The notes under the pieces were generated by a model, which was not told the origin of the DNA, did not search any database, and saw only the letters and a program-made list of their open reading frames with translations. Shown piece by piece: positions 1 through 12,167 of a DNA stretch of 64,000 nucleotides (position 1 is its first letter; every line of letters starts with the position of its first letter). The stretch is from Callorhinchus milii (lineage: Eukaryota), in the NCBI RefSeq assembly GCF_018977255.1, contig NW_024704742.1:60390001-60454000 (forward strand). The letters run 5' to 3'. Both the position numbers and the translations under genes were made by a program.

Positions 1-509
1 TCAATAATGCTTACACCAACTGTCAGAAGCCTATCATTATTTTTATTCTTAAAATGTTTGTGGTCACTTATTAACATTCATATCTCTGTTTATTTATCTA
101 ATATCGCCCACAAAATACTCAGTCGCTCCACTTTACAATATATCCTGTGAAGCACTTTGAGATGGCCTCTTGATATGAAAAGGACTGCATCAAATGTAAC
201 GATTATTATTATTTTCACTTGATATACTTGCAGTGAGAAAGAAATGTGAAGGTACAATGGTTTTATAGGCATTATTTGCTATTTACTGTTAATTTGCCAA
301 CATTTTTAGGTCTCTGTGATAGATCAATATTCCATGCTTTTCTTAAGAAGAGACTTTCATGTACACTTTTATGCATATAAGTTCCACCAACCTGCTGAAT
401 TTTTTTCTCTATTGTTTATTGCATTGAAGATAGGATTTTCTAGTTAGAAATTCAGGGACTCTGGCCTTTTGTGTGATAAATCCAAATAAGATGGTTGAAT
501 CAGAGTCCT

Positions 510-672
510 TTGTGGGTTTGAAGAGGGAAGTAAACAGATACATGATAGAAAATGGGGCATGTAGGTAGAAAGGGGCAGTGGGATTCAATGAACAGCTTGC
601 TCTTAGAGATTCTGCAGGCCCTATGAGCTGAATGGCTTCCTTCTGCTTTGTAAATTTCTTTGATTCTTTGAT
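510..672 (+). mobile_element. CR1 3' end fragment
   Basis: GAATGGCTTCCTTCTG stem region and an ATTCTTTG-type tail. Confidence 0.65.
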
Positions 673-2943
673 TTTAAAGCTTTATCGACTCAATGAAAGT
701 GTGTGTACTGTTTATTGGAGTTTAATCAACTGTTCAGAACTGCTGTCCAATTTATATAGTGCCCCTCACATAGGGTAGCGCTTGACTGGCATAGCATGAC
801 GCCGAGCTGGGGGAGTGCATATGACTGATAGGGGTGGTAGAGTTTTGGTGACTCATAACATGGTATAAGGAGGTAACGTTGGAGAAGAAGAATTCTGAGT
901 GGAAGAGTATTCATGAGTTAATTAAATAATTGTTCCCAGGTGAGGTGGACATCACTTGCACTCCAACCTAAGGGAAACTCCTTCCCCTTGTGTGGTTGCT
1001 AGATACCACACCCTTGCTCAGCTCACTCATTTACTTGGCTTTTTGGCTGTTCCGCTTCTCACTTGCCAGATGGTGCTAGGGCAGATTGTGTCTCGTTGGA
1101 ATATCTGAGCACAAATGAACTGAATCAAAAAAGGAAAGGCGAACTGGTTTTAACCCTTTCAACATTTGTCTACCGGAATTTCTACTCACACATTTCTTTG
1201 AATCTGGAACGCTAAGGCATTTCTTTACATCCACTTGAATCACAGGCCAGATGGAGCTTAAACAATTAATAAAACAATCAAAAAAGAGGTGTAATTACTG
1301 GCAAATTTATTTCTTGATGATAACATTTTATTATAATTAAATTAAAAAATCATAACATTTTAACGACAGGGACAATAAAATGTCATTGGAGTCCATCTGG
1401 CCAATCCCAAAGTAAAAGAAAAATTATTAAGGAAATAAATAATCTTAAACTTTCGTATAATTTTTTTTCACTTTATAATACAAAAAATGCCATTGCTGCA
1501 GATTCATGTTGAGGTATCAAAGCAGCATCTGAGGTCTTTATAATATCTTCAACACCTGAAATAATTGGAAGCAGTCAGAGGAGCCTTAAAAGATAGATTG
1601 AGAAAGAAAGAGACATGAAAACGATGCAGTGATGGCTGATGAAGTGGTGCATAACCACACTTGATGCAGGGGATTGGAAAAATATGAAGGAAAATGACAA
1701 ATGTAGTAATGGTAAGGGAAGATAATTGGTAGGGTGCTGAGAAAATAACATGACACATGGAAAAAAGAGGTTGCATTATGAGTACCACTAGTTTATCTCT
1801 ATTGTTTACCTATGGTAGTGCTTGGGGATAAACTTCCCAGTTATATCAAATTTGACATCTTTGAACTTTGGAAACATTTTGCATTTTTATATGCTTCAGT
1901 TTATCTAAATGGTAATGGTAATATTTTGTTTTCATGCTTCAATCCACTACTTGCAAATTCTTTGCAAATTGCGCCTCTATAACACAAGGTTACAAACTAA
2001 GAATGACTTTGACCCAAGTCAGAGAACAAAATTAATCTGTCATAGGTTCAGTTATGGCATTGATTTTTTTCTCAATTCCATCCAAAGCATATAACAGTGT
2101 GTGAATAAAGCACCATACTTAGTTACAGAGGTTATGTATCAACTTGGCTCAGCTGGTAGTATTCTCAACTCTGCGTCAGAAGAAAGTGGGTTCAACTCCC
2201 ACTTCAGGTCTATGAATTTATATTGATTAGGTTGATATTCCATTGCAGTGCTGGGGGTGTGCTGCATTGTTGGAGAAGCCATCCTTAACATAAGTTGTTA
2301 ACCCGAGGTTAACTGCACAGCTGTGGCTATAACATGGAAACTAGCTAATCACATTGCTATAACATGGAATCATACATTGTAAAACTTATACTGTGGAAGC
2401 CCACCTTTTGGGGCTGATACACAAGCTTTTATCCGTGCAAACTAACTTTTATTATTATCACTTTTTTTATAATAAAATAGTAATAACATTTTGAAGAGCT
2501 TCAAGGCCATTACCATCTCTTATGTGGTTATTACTATTGTGAGTGAAGCGAGAGACAGTAATGAGAACCACAGGGCTGGTAATGACCATAATGCCTCAAT
2601 AAAATTATGTTATCACTTTTACCAATCCGCGTGGTCATTTGTAAATTCTCTACATTCTGCTTTTTAATCTTGCTCGTTCCTTGTTTTTTGCCTGTCTCAG
2701 TGCGCTTCGCAATTATCTTCGAATTGTCAGTGCTGTTCATCACCGAGATCTCTGACATTCTATCACCAGATGTCATCTACAACTGGATTCAATTCTGTTG
2801 CCACTGATGGAACACCTTAAATGTCTGGCCCATACAGTTGTCAGATGGCGTGTGGTAAAATCATTAATGATTGTGAAGTGCTTAGTAATGATTTGGCTGA
2901 AATCATTTGGTTAGAGAATGATATAGATACAATTGTGTAATCT

Positions 2944-3335
2944 GTCAGCCTGGCTCAGTTGGTAGTATTCTCTCCTGTGAGTTCAAAGCCTCATATTCTA
3001 GGCTGACACTCCAATGCAGTATTGATTGAGCACTGCATTGTTGTAGATGCCTTCCTTCAGATGAGAGATTCAACCGAGGTCACGTCTGCCTTTTCAAGTG
3101 GGTGTTAAAGATCCTATTGCACTCCTCGCAAAAGAAAGTTTCTCCTCATGTCCTGGCAAAACAATCTCCCAGATAGAACTGATCATTCACTTCACGGCTG
3201 TGTGTGGAACTTTGCTGTGCACAAACTGCCCACCTTGTTCACCTACATATTACAGTTTATTCTGTAAAATGTGTTCTGATGTCCTCCTGACATGAAAGGC
3301 ATGCCATTAAATATACGGATTATTATGTTTTATTA
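2944..3335 (+). mobile_element. DeuSINE (family B; SacSINE1/AmnSINE1-like body)
   Basis: GTCAGCCTGGCTCAGTTGGTAG head; CTTCAGATGAGA..AACCGAGG..AAAGATCC..TGTCCTGGC..TGCTGTGCACAAA Deu domain. Confidence 0.85.
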
Positions 3336-4892
3336 TTACAACCTGAAAATACAGAGGATCTTTGCCAGAATAATCACCAAAGACAAGATAATAATGAAGA
3401 GATTAAATCAGTTTGGAGGGAATTCCCTAATGTATTAATATATGTTTTACAATGTTTAGACACCGTGATTATCAGGAAATATTTACAATACAATGAGTGT
3501 ATTTTGACAGATTGTCGTGAATCCACAATCACGAAAATAAATATATTCTTAACTAGTAGTATCTTCCAACCATCTTATTCACAGACTAGCTAATGTATAT
3601 GATTAGTTAATAGACACAAATCCAAAGTCATCCACTTGACTTACCTTAAAGTGTTTCATCCTGGAGACCCTCTGCCTTGCCCCATCCCTCCCCACCTATA
3701 AAGCCTTTCTTTTTACCCGCTCTTTTAGTCACTTCTCGTGAGTCGGTGCGCCACACATGGCCTCCATGCTGAGGATGCTGTGTACAATTTGAACCCTTGT
3801 TTATGCAACTCTACCCTGAGAACTTTTCCAGCTCAACCACATGTTTATAGGACTACAGCAAAAACTCTTAGCAGGTCATCCTAACCCCAAAGCATAGAAA
3901 TTTCCCTGCATCTGGAATGAAATGCACACCGTCTCCCCAGAGGGACCCATCCTAATTACCTAAATTCCAAAGAGTAGATTCACAAGAGCCAGTGTTGGGT
4001 CTACAGACAATCTACAATCTGCAGAAGTGTCTCAATGCTAAAATCTAGAATGCAGCATCGCTTTCTGGATTCAATAAATGTAATTATATTCTAGATAGAA
4101 GAATCAAAGTCTGTGTGTGTGTGTGTGCATGCATGTATGGGGAGAGGGGGTACGGATTCTGGGATGGTCCTCTCATCTCTCTCATTCTAGTGCTTCCTTT
4201 CAGTCTTCACCAGCGAAGGCCCTATATATTCCCTGATGAAGGGAGTATTCAAGTGGAAAAACCAAGAATTACCTGCAGAGGTGTTCAAGAAGAAAATTTA
4301 TCTTTACAGTTCTCTAGTGGTATGAAATATGTACAAATATTTTACATCTTTACTGCTTTTGCAGGCAAACACAGTAGCCATTTTGTACACAGCAAGTTTC
4401 TGCAATCAGCCATGAAGTGACCAATCAATCTATTTAGAAGAAACTTCATTCTCCCTTGAATTCTCTCTTCTCTCTTCTCAGTAGTGTCCTGCACAGAATC
4501 TTGAAAATAAGCAAGCAGGATCTTGGCTTAACATCTTCATCAACACCAGCAGAGGCTGTCTCTTTTTGTGTGCTGTACCTGCTATGATTCTGTAATTAAT
4601 ACACTTACCATAGTCAGCCTCCGACAGGAAACCTTTATAAAACAACATTCTCTCCTCTTCTAATCACCTTTTCTTTGGAATCAATGCATATTTAAAACCA
4701 CTCACAGGGAAAATGGTGTCTTAAAAATCACTCTAGCGTTACTGCCTCTAGTGAAAGCACCCGCAGAGTAAACGACTGTTACTCCAGTAAATGACCTGCA
4801 CAGCACGTAGACCAGCAAGAACCAGCTTCAATACGGATGAGAACTCTTAACTGAGCCAAATTCCCATGCCTCTGACTGAATTATTATAATTG

Positions 4893-5760
4893 TGGAGTCC
4901 TGGAGCGTAGTGGTCAGAATACTCGCCTCGCAAGCAAGAGGACTCGGTTCCATTCCTGCGCAAGGCAAACCTTAGGCAAGTTTCCTTACTCCACACGCCT
5001 CTGTTTACCTAACAGTAAGTAGGAACCCAGTTGTTAGTCAATTGGTGGATTCCTTTCCAGGGGTAATAATCCCTCAAAAAAAATGTGGTCACTCAATCCA
5101 CAGGACACTGCTGTGCACGATTGGCTGCTGCAGTTCACCAACAACAACAAGATTACAATTGTATAGCGCCTTTCACATAGGGAGGATGTCCCAAGGCGCT
5201 GGATAGTGTACAGCATTTCAGACCCGAGCTGGGGTCAAGGGGGAGAAGGGAGGGGAGGGGAAGGAGGTTGACCAATGGCATGGTCGAAGAGGAGAGTTTT
5301 GAGGCAGGACTCGAAGGAGGCTAAGGAGGGGGCGAGGCGGAGTGATTGGGGGATGGAATTCCAGAGGTTGGGGGCAGAGTGGCTGAAGGCTCTCCCGCCA
5401 ATGGTGGCTGAGCGGAGGGAGCGGGTGGGTTGGTAGGGGGTTAGGAGGTCACAGAGGTAGGGTGGGGCGAGGCCATGGAGAGCATTGTAGGTGAGGACCA
5501 GGATCTTGAACTGGATCCTCTGAAGGATAGGGAGCCAATAGAGTCTGGTGAGAATGGGGGAGATGGGATCACGGAGTTTGCTACGGGAGAGGACATGGAC
5601 TGCAGAGTTCTAGATTATCTGCAGCCTGTGGAGGGAGGAGTTGGGAATGTCAATTCACTTTACAGTCTATTCTGTGAACTGCTTTGAGATGTCCCAACAT
5701 GATAAGGTTCTATATCAAATGCAAAGATTATTATCAAATGCATGCATTATTATTATTATA
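4893..5760 (+). mobile_element. tRNA-derived SINE family A, long form, split by an L2
   Basis: Head GGAGTCCTGGAGCGTAGTGG..GGTTCCATTCC with A/B boxes, then the CTTAGGCAAGTTTCCTTACTCC block and a Deu-like TGCTGTGCACGATTGGCTG; the tail resumes at ~5649. Confidence 0.88.
5138..5648 (-). mobile_element. L2 LINE 3' fragment nested in a SINE
   Basis: (AAC)n tail at 5138; reverse strand encodes decayed HRLQII..IQFKILVLTY..AFSHSAP.LWNSIP. Confidence 0.9.
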
Positions 5761-5781
5761 ATAATACTTGTATTTGGTATA

Positions 5782-6045
5782 CAACAACAACAACAAAATT
5801 ACATTTATAGAGCTCCTTTCACATCGGGAGGACGTCCCAAAGTGCTGAACAGTCAGTTGTCGGGGCCCCGAGCATGGGGGAGGGAGGGGTGGGTTGGTGT
5901 AGTGGTGAGGGAAGGCAGAGAGGTGTGAGGGAGACCAAAGGCACGGTTGAAGAGAAAGATCTTGAGACCGATCTTGAAGGAGGCAAGGCAGGAAGCGATG
6001 CAAAGAGACGGTGGGATGGAGTTCCAGAGTGTGGGGGCAGACAGG
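5782..6045 (-). mobile_element. L2 LINE 3' fragment
   Basis: (AAC)n tail; reverse strand encodes LWNSIP..FKIGLKIFLF. Confidence 0.88.
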
Positions 6046-7032
6046 CAATATAGTGTCCATTACTACAAAGTATAGTGGCTGTGTATTTGTTGGTGAACAA
6101 TTTGCGCAAAACAATGTCCTACAAACAACCATAAAGTGAATGACCAGTTCTATTTGAGGATTTGATTTTTGGTCAGCAGGGTATCTGACACATGCAGAAA
6201 CCCAATACCATGCTTAAGAGTATCCAGACCAAGCTGAGATTTCCATTCATCCCGTCTACACATGGAAATTCCAGAGATAGATTGTTGGCCAAGACATTTG
6301 GAGAAACTCCCTTTTCTTTCCAAATAGCGACATGGGATGGTTAATATTCATCTAAATAGATGAGAAGAGAAACTTCAGTTTAACGTCTCAACAAAGGATG
6401 GATTTACAGGTTGCCTGGTGAAAATTTTGTCGATATCTTACATGCATTTTTTTCTTCTGGCAGCCATAAAATAGCGACACTGGCAGAACACCTTTTATAT
6501 GCCAATGTAGATTTCCAAGCAAATTCCCTTAAGAGGCACCTTAAATTCACAGAAAACATTTTTGCGCATTGGAAACTTCCTTGAATCAGAAGGGCTCAGA
6601 GAGAATTATTAATGCGGCAATTCAAAATCATGGTACAAATGTGATTATCCTTAGAGTTGGAATGTGATTGGAAACATGAATGAAACACTTTTGTGCTTGA
6701 TTTCTTAAATAGAACGTGATGCTGTTACATTTACAGAAAAACGTAACCAATTATGAAGCACACCAAAAATGTTCACTGAATCATTTATATATTTCATTGT
6801 GCTTGAGGGAAAATATTCAGCCTGTATTAACACCATTGGTGCTCAGGGTAAACTTGCAGCAGAATTTTGAGAGTTCATATTAGTCATGACTTTACTGTAG
6901 CTCCCAGGAAAATATTTTGCTGAGAGGAAAAATGGGGCCAGGTGCTTCAGCACCAAAATAAATAAACAATTATAATTCTTGCAATTGACATAGTGCCTTA
7001 TCACATTGTCTGATCGCCTCATAGTGCTTGCA

Positions 7033-7415
7033 ATAATAATAATCCTTGCATTTGATAAAGCGCCTTTTACGCTGGTAGGACATCTCAAAGAACTTCATAG
7101 GATGTCAGTAGTGATTGTATTTTTAAAGCGAATGAGACAGCCAATTTGGGGCACAGCAATGTCTCAAAAACAGCAATGAAGTGAATAATCAATTTTATTT
7201 GGGGGATTGTTGGCGAGGACACCAGGAGAATCTCCCTTCTCTTTTTGAAAAGTGCATTAGATTTTAGTGTCCACCTGAACAAGCAAACAAAACCTTGGTT
7301 TAATATCTCATCCAAAGGACGACACCTCCAACAATGCAGCACACCCCCTGCATCACATCAGAGTCTCAGCTTAGACTATATGAGTTCCAAGTCCCACTGT
7401 GGAGCCAAGCTGACA
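7033..7415 (-). mobile_element. DeuSINE (family B)
   Basis: Reverse-complement copy with head, Deu domain and (ATT)n tail. Confidence 0.85.
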
Positions 7416-7449
7416 CACAGATGACCAAAAGCACAGGCAAAGAGGTATA

Positions 7450-7610
7450 TTTATAGATGGGTTCATGAGGAAACTAGACATTCATATGAGGGAGAGGGGA
7501 ATAGAAGGTTATGGGAAGGTATAAAGAATTGGTGGAGACTCATGTGGAGTATAAACACCAGCAAAGACTGTTTGGGCCGAGTGGTTGTTTCCAATCTGAA
7601 CATTCCTTTC
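7450..7610 (+). mobile_element. CR1 3' end fragment
   Basis: Resembles the other CR1 3' ends (GGAAACTAGAC..GAAGGTTATGGG..GGGCCGAGTGG). Confidence 0.6.
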
Positions 7611-8190
7611 AACAACAACAACTGGCACTTATAGAGAGCCCTCCAAGCAGGGTAGCGTCTCAGAGCGCTTAACAGTGGAGGAGCCTGGCTCTAAGCCAGT
7701 GGTGGGGGGTGGAGGTGGCCGTAAGCACGGTCGAAGAGGATAGTTTTCAGGTGGGACTTGAAAAACGGGAGGGGGTAAGGTGGAGGGATTGAGGTAGAGT
7801 GTTCCAGAGTTTGGGGGCATAGTGGCTGAAAGCGCGAACTCCAATGGTGGGGTAATGGGTGCAAGGGATGAGCAGGAGGCCCATGCCAGTCGACCGGAGT
7901 CACCGGGTGGTGGATTGGGTAGTGAGGAGGTTGGAGAGGTAGGGAGGTACCAGGGAGTGAATGCATTTGAACACAAGCGTGAGGATCTTGAAGTCGATCC
8001 GTTCGGTGATGGGGAGCCAGTGGAGCCTGGCCAGAACTGGTGAGATGTGGGTACGGAGCTTGGTCCAGGTCAGTATGTGGGCTGCAGAGTTTTGAATGAG
8101 CTCAATTTTTTGAATGGTGGAACTGGGGAAACGAGCGAGGAGTGTTTTTGAGTAATCTAAGCGAGAGGTGACAAACACATACACGAGGGA
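7611..8190 (-). mobile_element. L2 LINE 3' fragment
   Basis: ORF 7900-8184 FVTSRLDYS..IQNSAAHIL..LARLHWLPITERIDFKIL; (AAC)n tail. Confidence 0.93.
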
Positions 8191-8649
8191 GTTTTAAATC
8201 TTTGTAAATCCATCTAGTTCTCTTTTCAAATCTTATATGTATTCCACCTCAACCATTACTCCCACCTGGGTATATCTAACACTTCTGTGTGTGAAAAAGA
8301 ATCTCCCAATCCCCTCACTTGCTTCAATCAGATAGATCTCAACAACCCTCCTTCTTACCTTCTCACAATATTCCTCTATCCTATCTATGCCTGGAATAGA
8401 TTTATAGGATAATTCACTAGTAAACATACAGATCTTTGATTTTCTGCTTGACATAAATTTATGAAACTTCATTGTGTGATGGGATTTTCCATTGAATAAT
8501 ATAAAAGTTTTGTATTTGATATAGTGCCTATAACATCAAAATCCAATTGTTGTCAAAGTGGAGTGAGTCTGTACTTGTAGACATCTAAACCTCATTCTGC
8601 TAAAGTACGTAAATAAACTGAGAATAGGAGAAAAAGGAGAATTAGATAT

Positions 8650-9410
8650 GCACTTGACGTAATTGGTAGATTTCCTGCCTCTGAGTCAGATTGTGGGTTC
8701 AAATCCCACCTCAGAACTTTGAATTCATAATCCAGGCTGACAATCCAACTTAATGCTTGGTTGCACTGCATTGTCGACTACCCCAGTCCTTGCCAGACTG
8801 CACTGGCTGCCTATCCCAGAGAGGATCGACTTCAAGATCCTCACCCTTGTATTCAAGTCCCTGCACTCCTCTGCACCCCCCGACCTCTCTGACCTTCTCT
8901 CTCCTCAAAACAGTACCAGTTGCTTTTGTTCCTCCAGGTCTGGCCTCCTCCTCGGTGGCCGTGCCTTCAGCCACTATGCCTCGAGGCTCTGGAACTCCCT
9001 TCCTCACTCCCTTCGCCTCGCTCTCTCCCTTTCTATTTTCAGGTCTCTGTTGAAGACTTTTCTTTTCAACCGCGCCTTAGGTCACCTTCCTCCCTCTCCC
9101 CCTGGCTCGGCCCCGGGATCCGTTACTGTGAAGCGCTCTGAGACGCCGTCCGGTGTGGAGGGCGCTATATAAATCCAAGTTGTTGTTGTTGGAGGTGCCA
9201 TTATTTGTATGAGATATCAAACCAAGGTCCTGTCCACGTGTGCAGGTGTTGCATAGCACTACTGGAAGAGAGAAGGGAGTTTCTCCTTGTGTCCTAGCTA
9301 TAAATAGCCAAGATACACAGTCAATATATTTTACAGTGAATCCTGTAAAGGGCTTTGAGACATATTAACAGCATGCTAATAAGGCATTATATTGAATGCA
9401 AGGATTATTG
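8650..9410 (+). mobile_element. DeuSINE (family B) split by an L2 at 8778-9190
   Basis: The SINE sequence GCATTGT|GGAGGTGCC is continuous across the L2. Confidence 0.85.
8778..9190 (+). mobile_element. L2 LINE 3' fragment nested in a DeuSINE
   Basis: LHWLPIPERIDFKIL..RAFSHYASRLWNSLP..LKTFLF; (GTT)n tail. Confidence 0.93.
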
Positions 9411-10090
9411 CAGGCTACAATTTCCCATTTCAACTCATTTGTAAAAGTAATGCTTCATGTGCTGATGCATTTAGCATACTTTCCCAAGGTGCCTTATAAT
9501 GGGAATTCACATTAAAGTTCACTAAACATAGCATGGCATAGAGCATCACTTCACACTGTCCACTTCAATGACCTTCCAATATTCCGTGCTTGCTGCTAAA
9601 TCTACAGACTTTAGACGTTCCCATTATAAAAGTATACAGTAACATTGGAAAATTTACTGTCAAGCAGTGAAACACCCCAAGTGCTTTGCCAAAAATATTG
9701 TGGAACTTGAAAGTGATAACTTGGAAATATTACAGTAAGGGCTCATTAAATGGATTTCCACATCACTGAGTCCATGTTACATTTAATATTTCACCCTGAT
9801 CAGGAAGAAATACCCCATTGACTCATCTCACTCCCGTAATTTAAAATAAAATTCATACAATTTTAATGAGAATTTCTTCTTTTGTAATTATTAACTTAAA
9901 ACTTTAAAGAAACTGCTAGTGAATTGATATTTGTATTCGCTGGTGCTTTTCATACATGTAACAGTGCATAGAATAACCCTTATTTCTCCTCCAAGATGTG
10001 CTGGTGGCTTCCAATATTTACTGTTTAGATTTAATGATAACAATACAAATAATACTAATACTACTAATATTAATATGAATCCTAACATTG

Positions 10091-10250
10091 TGGAGTTCTA
10101 TAGCTCAGTGGTTAGAGCACTCACCTCACAAGCGAGAGACCAATTCACCTTACAGTATATTCTGTGAAGCACTTTGAGACATCTAGAAGACATGAAAAGC
10201 GCTGTATCAAATGCAAGGATTATTATTATTGATTATTATTTATTTATTAT
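10091..10250 (+). mobile_element. SINE family A, internally deleted
   Basis: tRNA-like head joined directly to the 3' tail. Confidence 0.8.
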
Positions 10251-12123
10251 AACATTTGGTATAGTGTCCTTCACGTCAGGAGGGCATACTGAAACACTTT
10301 ACAAGATGTAATGTGAAATTATGTGATTGTTTCAACTCTATGTGAATTGGCAGCTTATTGAGTGAAAACACAGTTCCTGAACAAAATTTTATGTGATTAT
10401 CACATTGAATTTTGTTAATTAGCATGTACAGTTATCACAGTGTTAAGAAATATCACAATTACCATTGATAATTTTTGAGAGTTATTGGGTATGAGTACTC
10501 ACTTCCCACCCCTGATTTTGTCACATTGGTTGATCCCAAAGCCAATTCCCAAATTCCAGTGCTTCCAAAATGCCACAAGTTGCATGTAAAAGATTTTGTG
10601 GCACTCAAAAGAGAGGTAGTTTTGTCTAGGATACTGGCTGACTAAACCTCCAGATATATCGATCATTCACATTGCGGCTGTTTGTGAGATCTTGCTGGAA
10701 GCAAAATGGTGGTTGGATTTGTCACAAAATACACAGTTGTTACACTTGAGAGTAAATAGCTGTGAAGCAGTTTTGAGATTTTTCAACAATTTAGACACTG
10801 TATCAAATAATGAATTATATTTTTCAGCCTATATTGTTCCAGCATTTTACAATAATAATAATTCTTACATTTGATACAGCGCCTTAACACATCTTCGAGA
10901 TGTCTCAAAGTGTTTCACAGAATATACTGTAGAAGTGAACAGACTGTATATATTGTGGGTGAAGCGCATTTTACAGTATCTCAACCTCAGAAGAACAACC
11001 CTTAATGCACTGCTGTGATATTTTCTATTTCTTACAAGATCATGCATGAACAGAAGATTGGTTTGGATGAAGAAGGCCCTTCGACCTATCCAATCTCATT
11101 CTTCCAGAACATCCATCCTAATGTCCACCTCACCACAGCATTAAGATGCTTTTGTAATGAGTTCCAATCCCCGGCCTCTACCAACTTTTTCTGGCAACTT
11201 GTTCCAGTTGTTGAATGAGATTACCATTCATTATTAGATTTCAATTATGCACATTGGGTATGTATTCACTGGCAACTATACTATGACATTCAGATTTATT
11301 TTACTTGTGCTTTTTTATGAGCCAGCCACCTGCAGATGCAGAAGGTTTCCAGCTATAAATTTGTGTTCCAATGAAATCCAAGTGCCATAACATACTGATG
11401 TTAAAACCGAACTACAAAGTTGTCTGTTTTGCTTTTTAAAGAGCTTCTGCTGTCTTTTTGAGATGTCAATCCACTTACAATGACGTTTGCTAGATGTAGA
11501 TGCAGATTTAAGAATGTCAAAATATGTCAAAGTGTCAAAAAAATTTCAACATTTTGTACAAGCTTCCCAGTTTCTCATTACAATTTTTCTTGGATGAAAA
11601 TGATGCATAAACTCTACAAAAAAGGAATAAAACCCACAATAAATATGACAGTTTTCGCTCTAAAGCACAGTAAGTACAGCAAGTGTGAGTTTGACCACAA
11701 CATAAAGGTGTTATATCAAATGTAGGGATTATTAATATTATTATAAGTAAAGCAGAAAAAAATACCTCTGCATATCTTAAAATAAATAAAATAGGACCTT
11801 CATGTTGAAACACCTGACTGAACTCCATCTAGAAACCACAACGCTTTGCTCCATTGGAGGTGAACAAGGATCAAAATGCTGAAAGCACCGAATGACACCA
11901 AATCACAATTGAAAAGAAAATGCTTAGTGATCTGAATAGTAAATTTCTGAATCGTAACTTTTTTATCAAGCTCTTATCCAAATTCACTGAAAAATAATAA
12001 TTGATCATTTGGTACACTCCTGTTTGTGGTAGATTACTGGGTGCAAATTGACCTCAGCATATTATTAATAAAATAATTATTCATTATCAAATAATTATTC
12101 ATTAATTTATTGCTTAATCCTTC

Positions 12124-12167
12124 TTAACCTCTGCCTGAGCTGAAGGCATTGCTCAGGCAGAGGTTAA
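12124..12167. repeat. Perfect 17-bp inverted repeat with 10-nt spacer, TTAA at both ends
   Basis: TTAACCTCTGCCTGAGC-tgaaggcatt-GCTCAGGCAGAGGTTAA. Confidence 0.9.
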
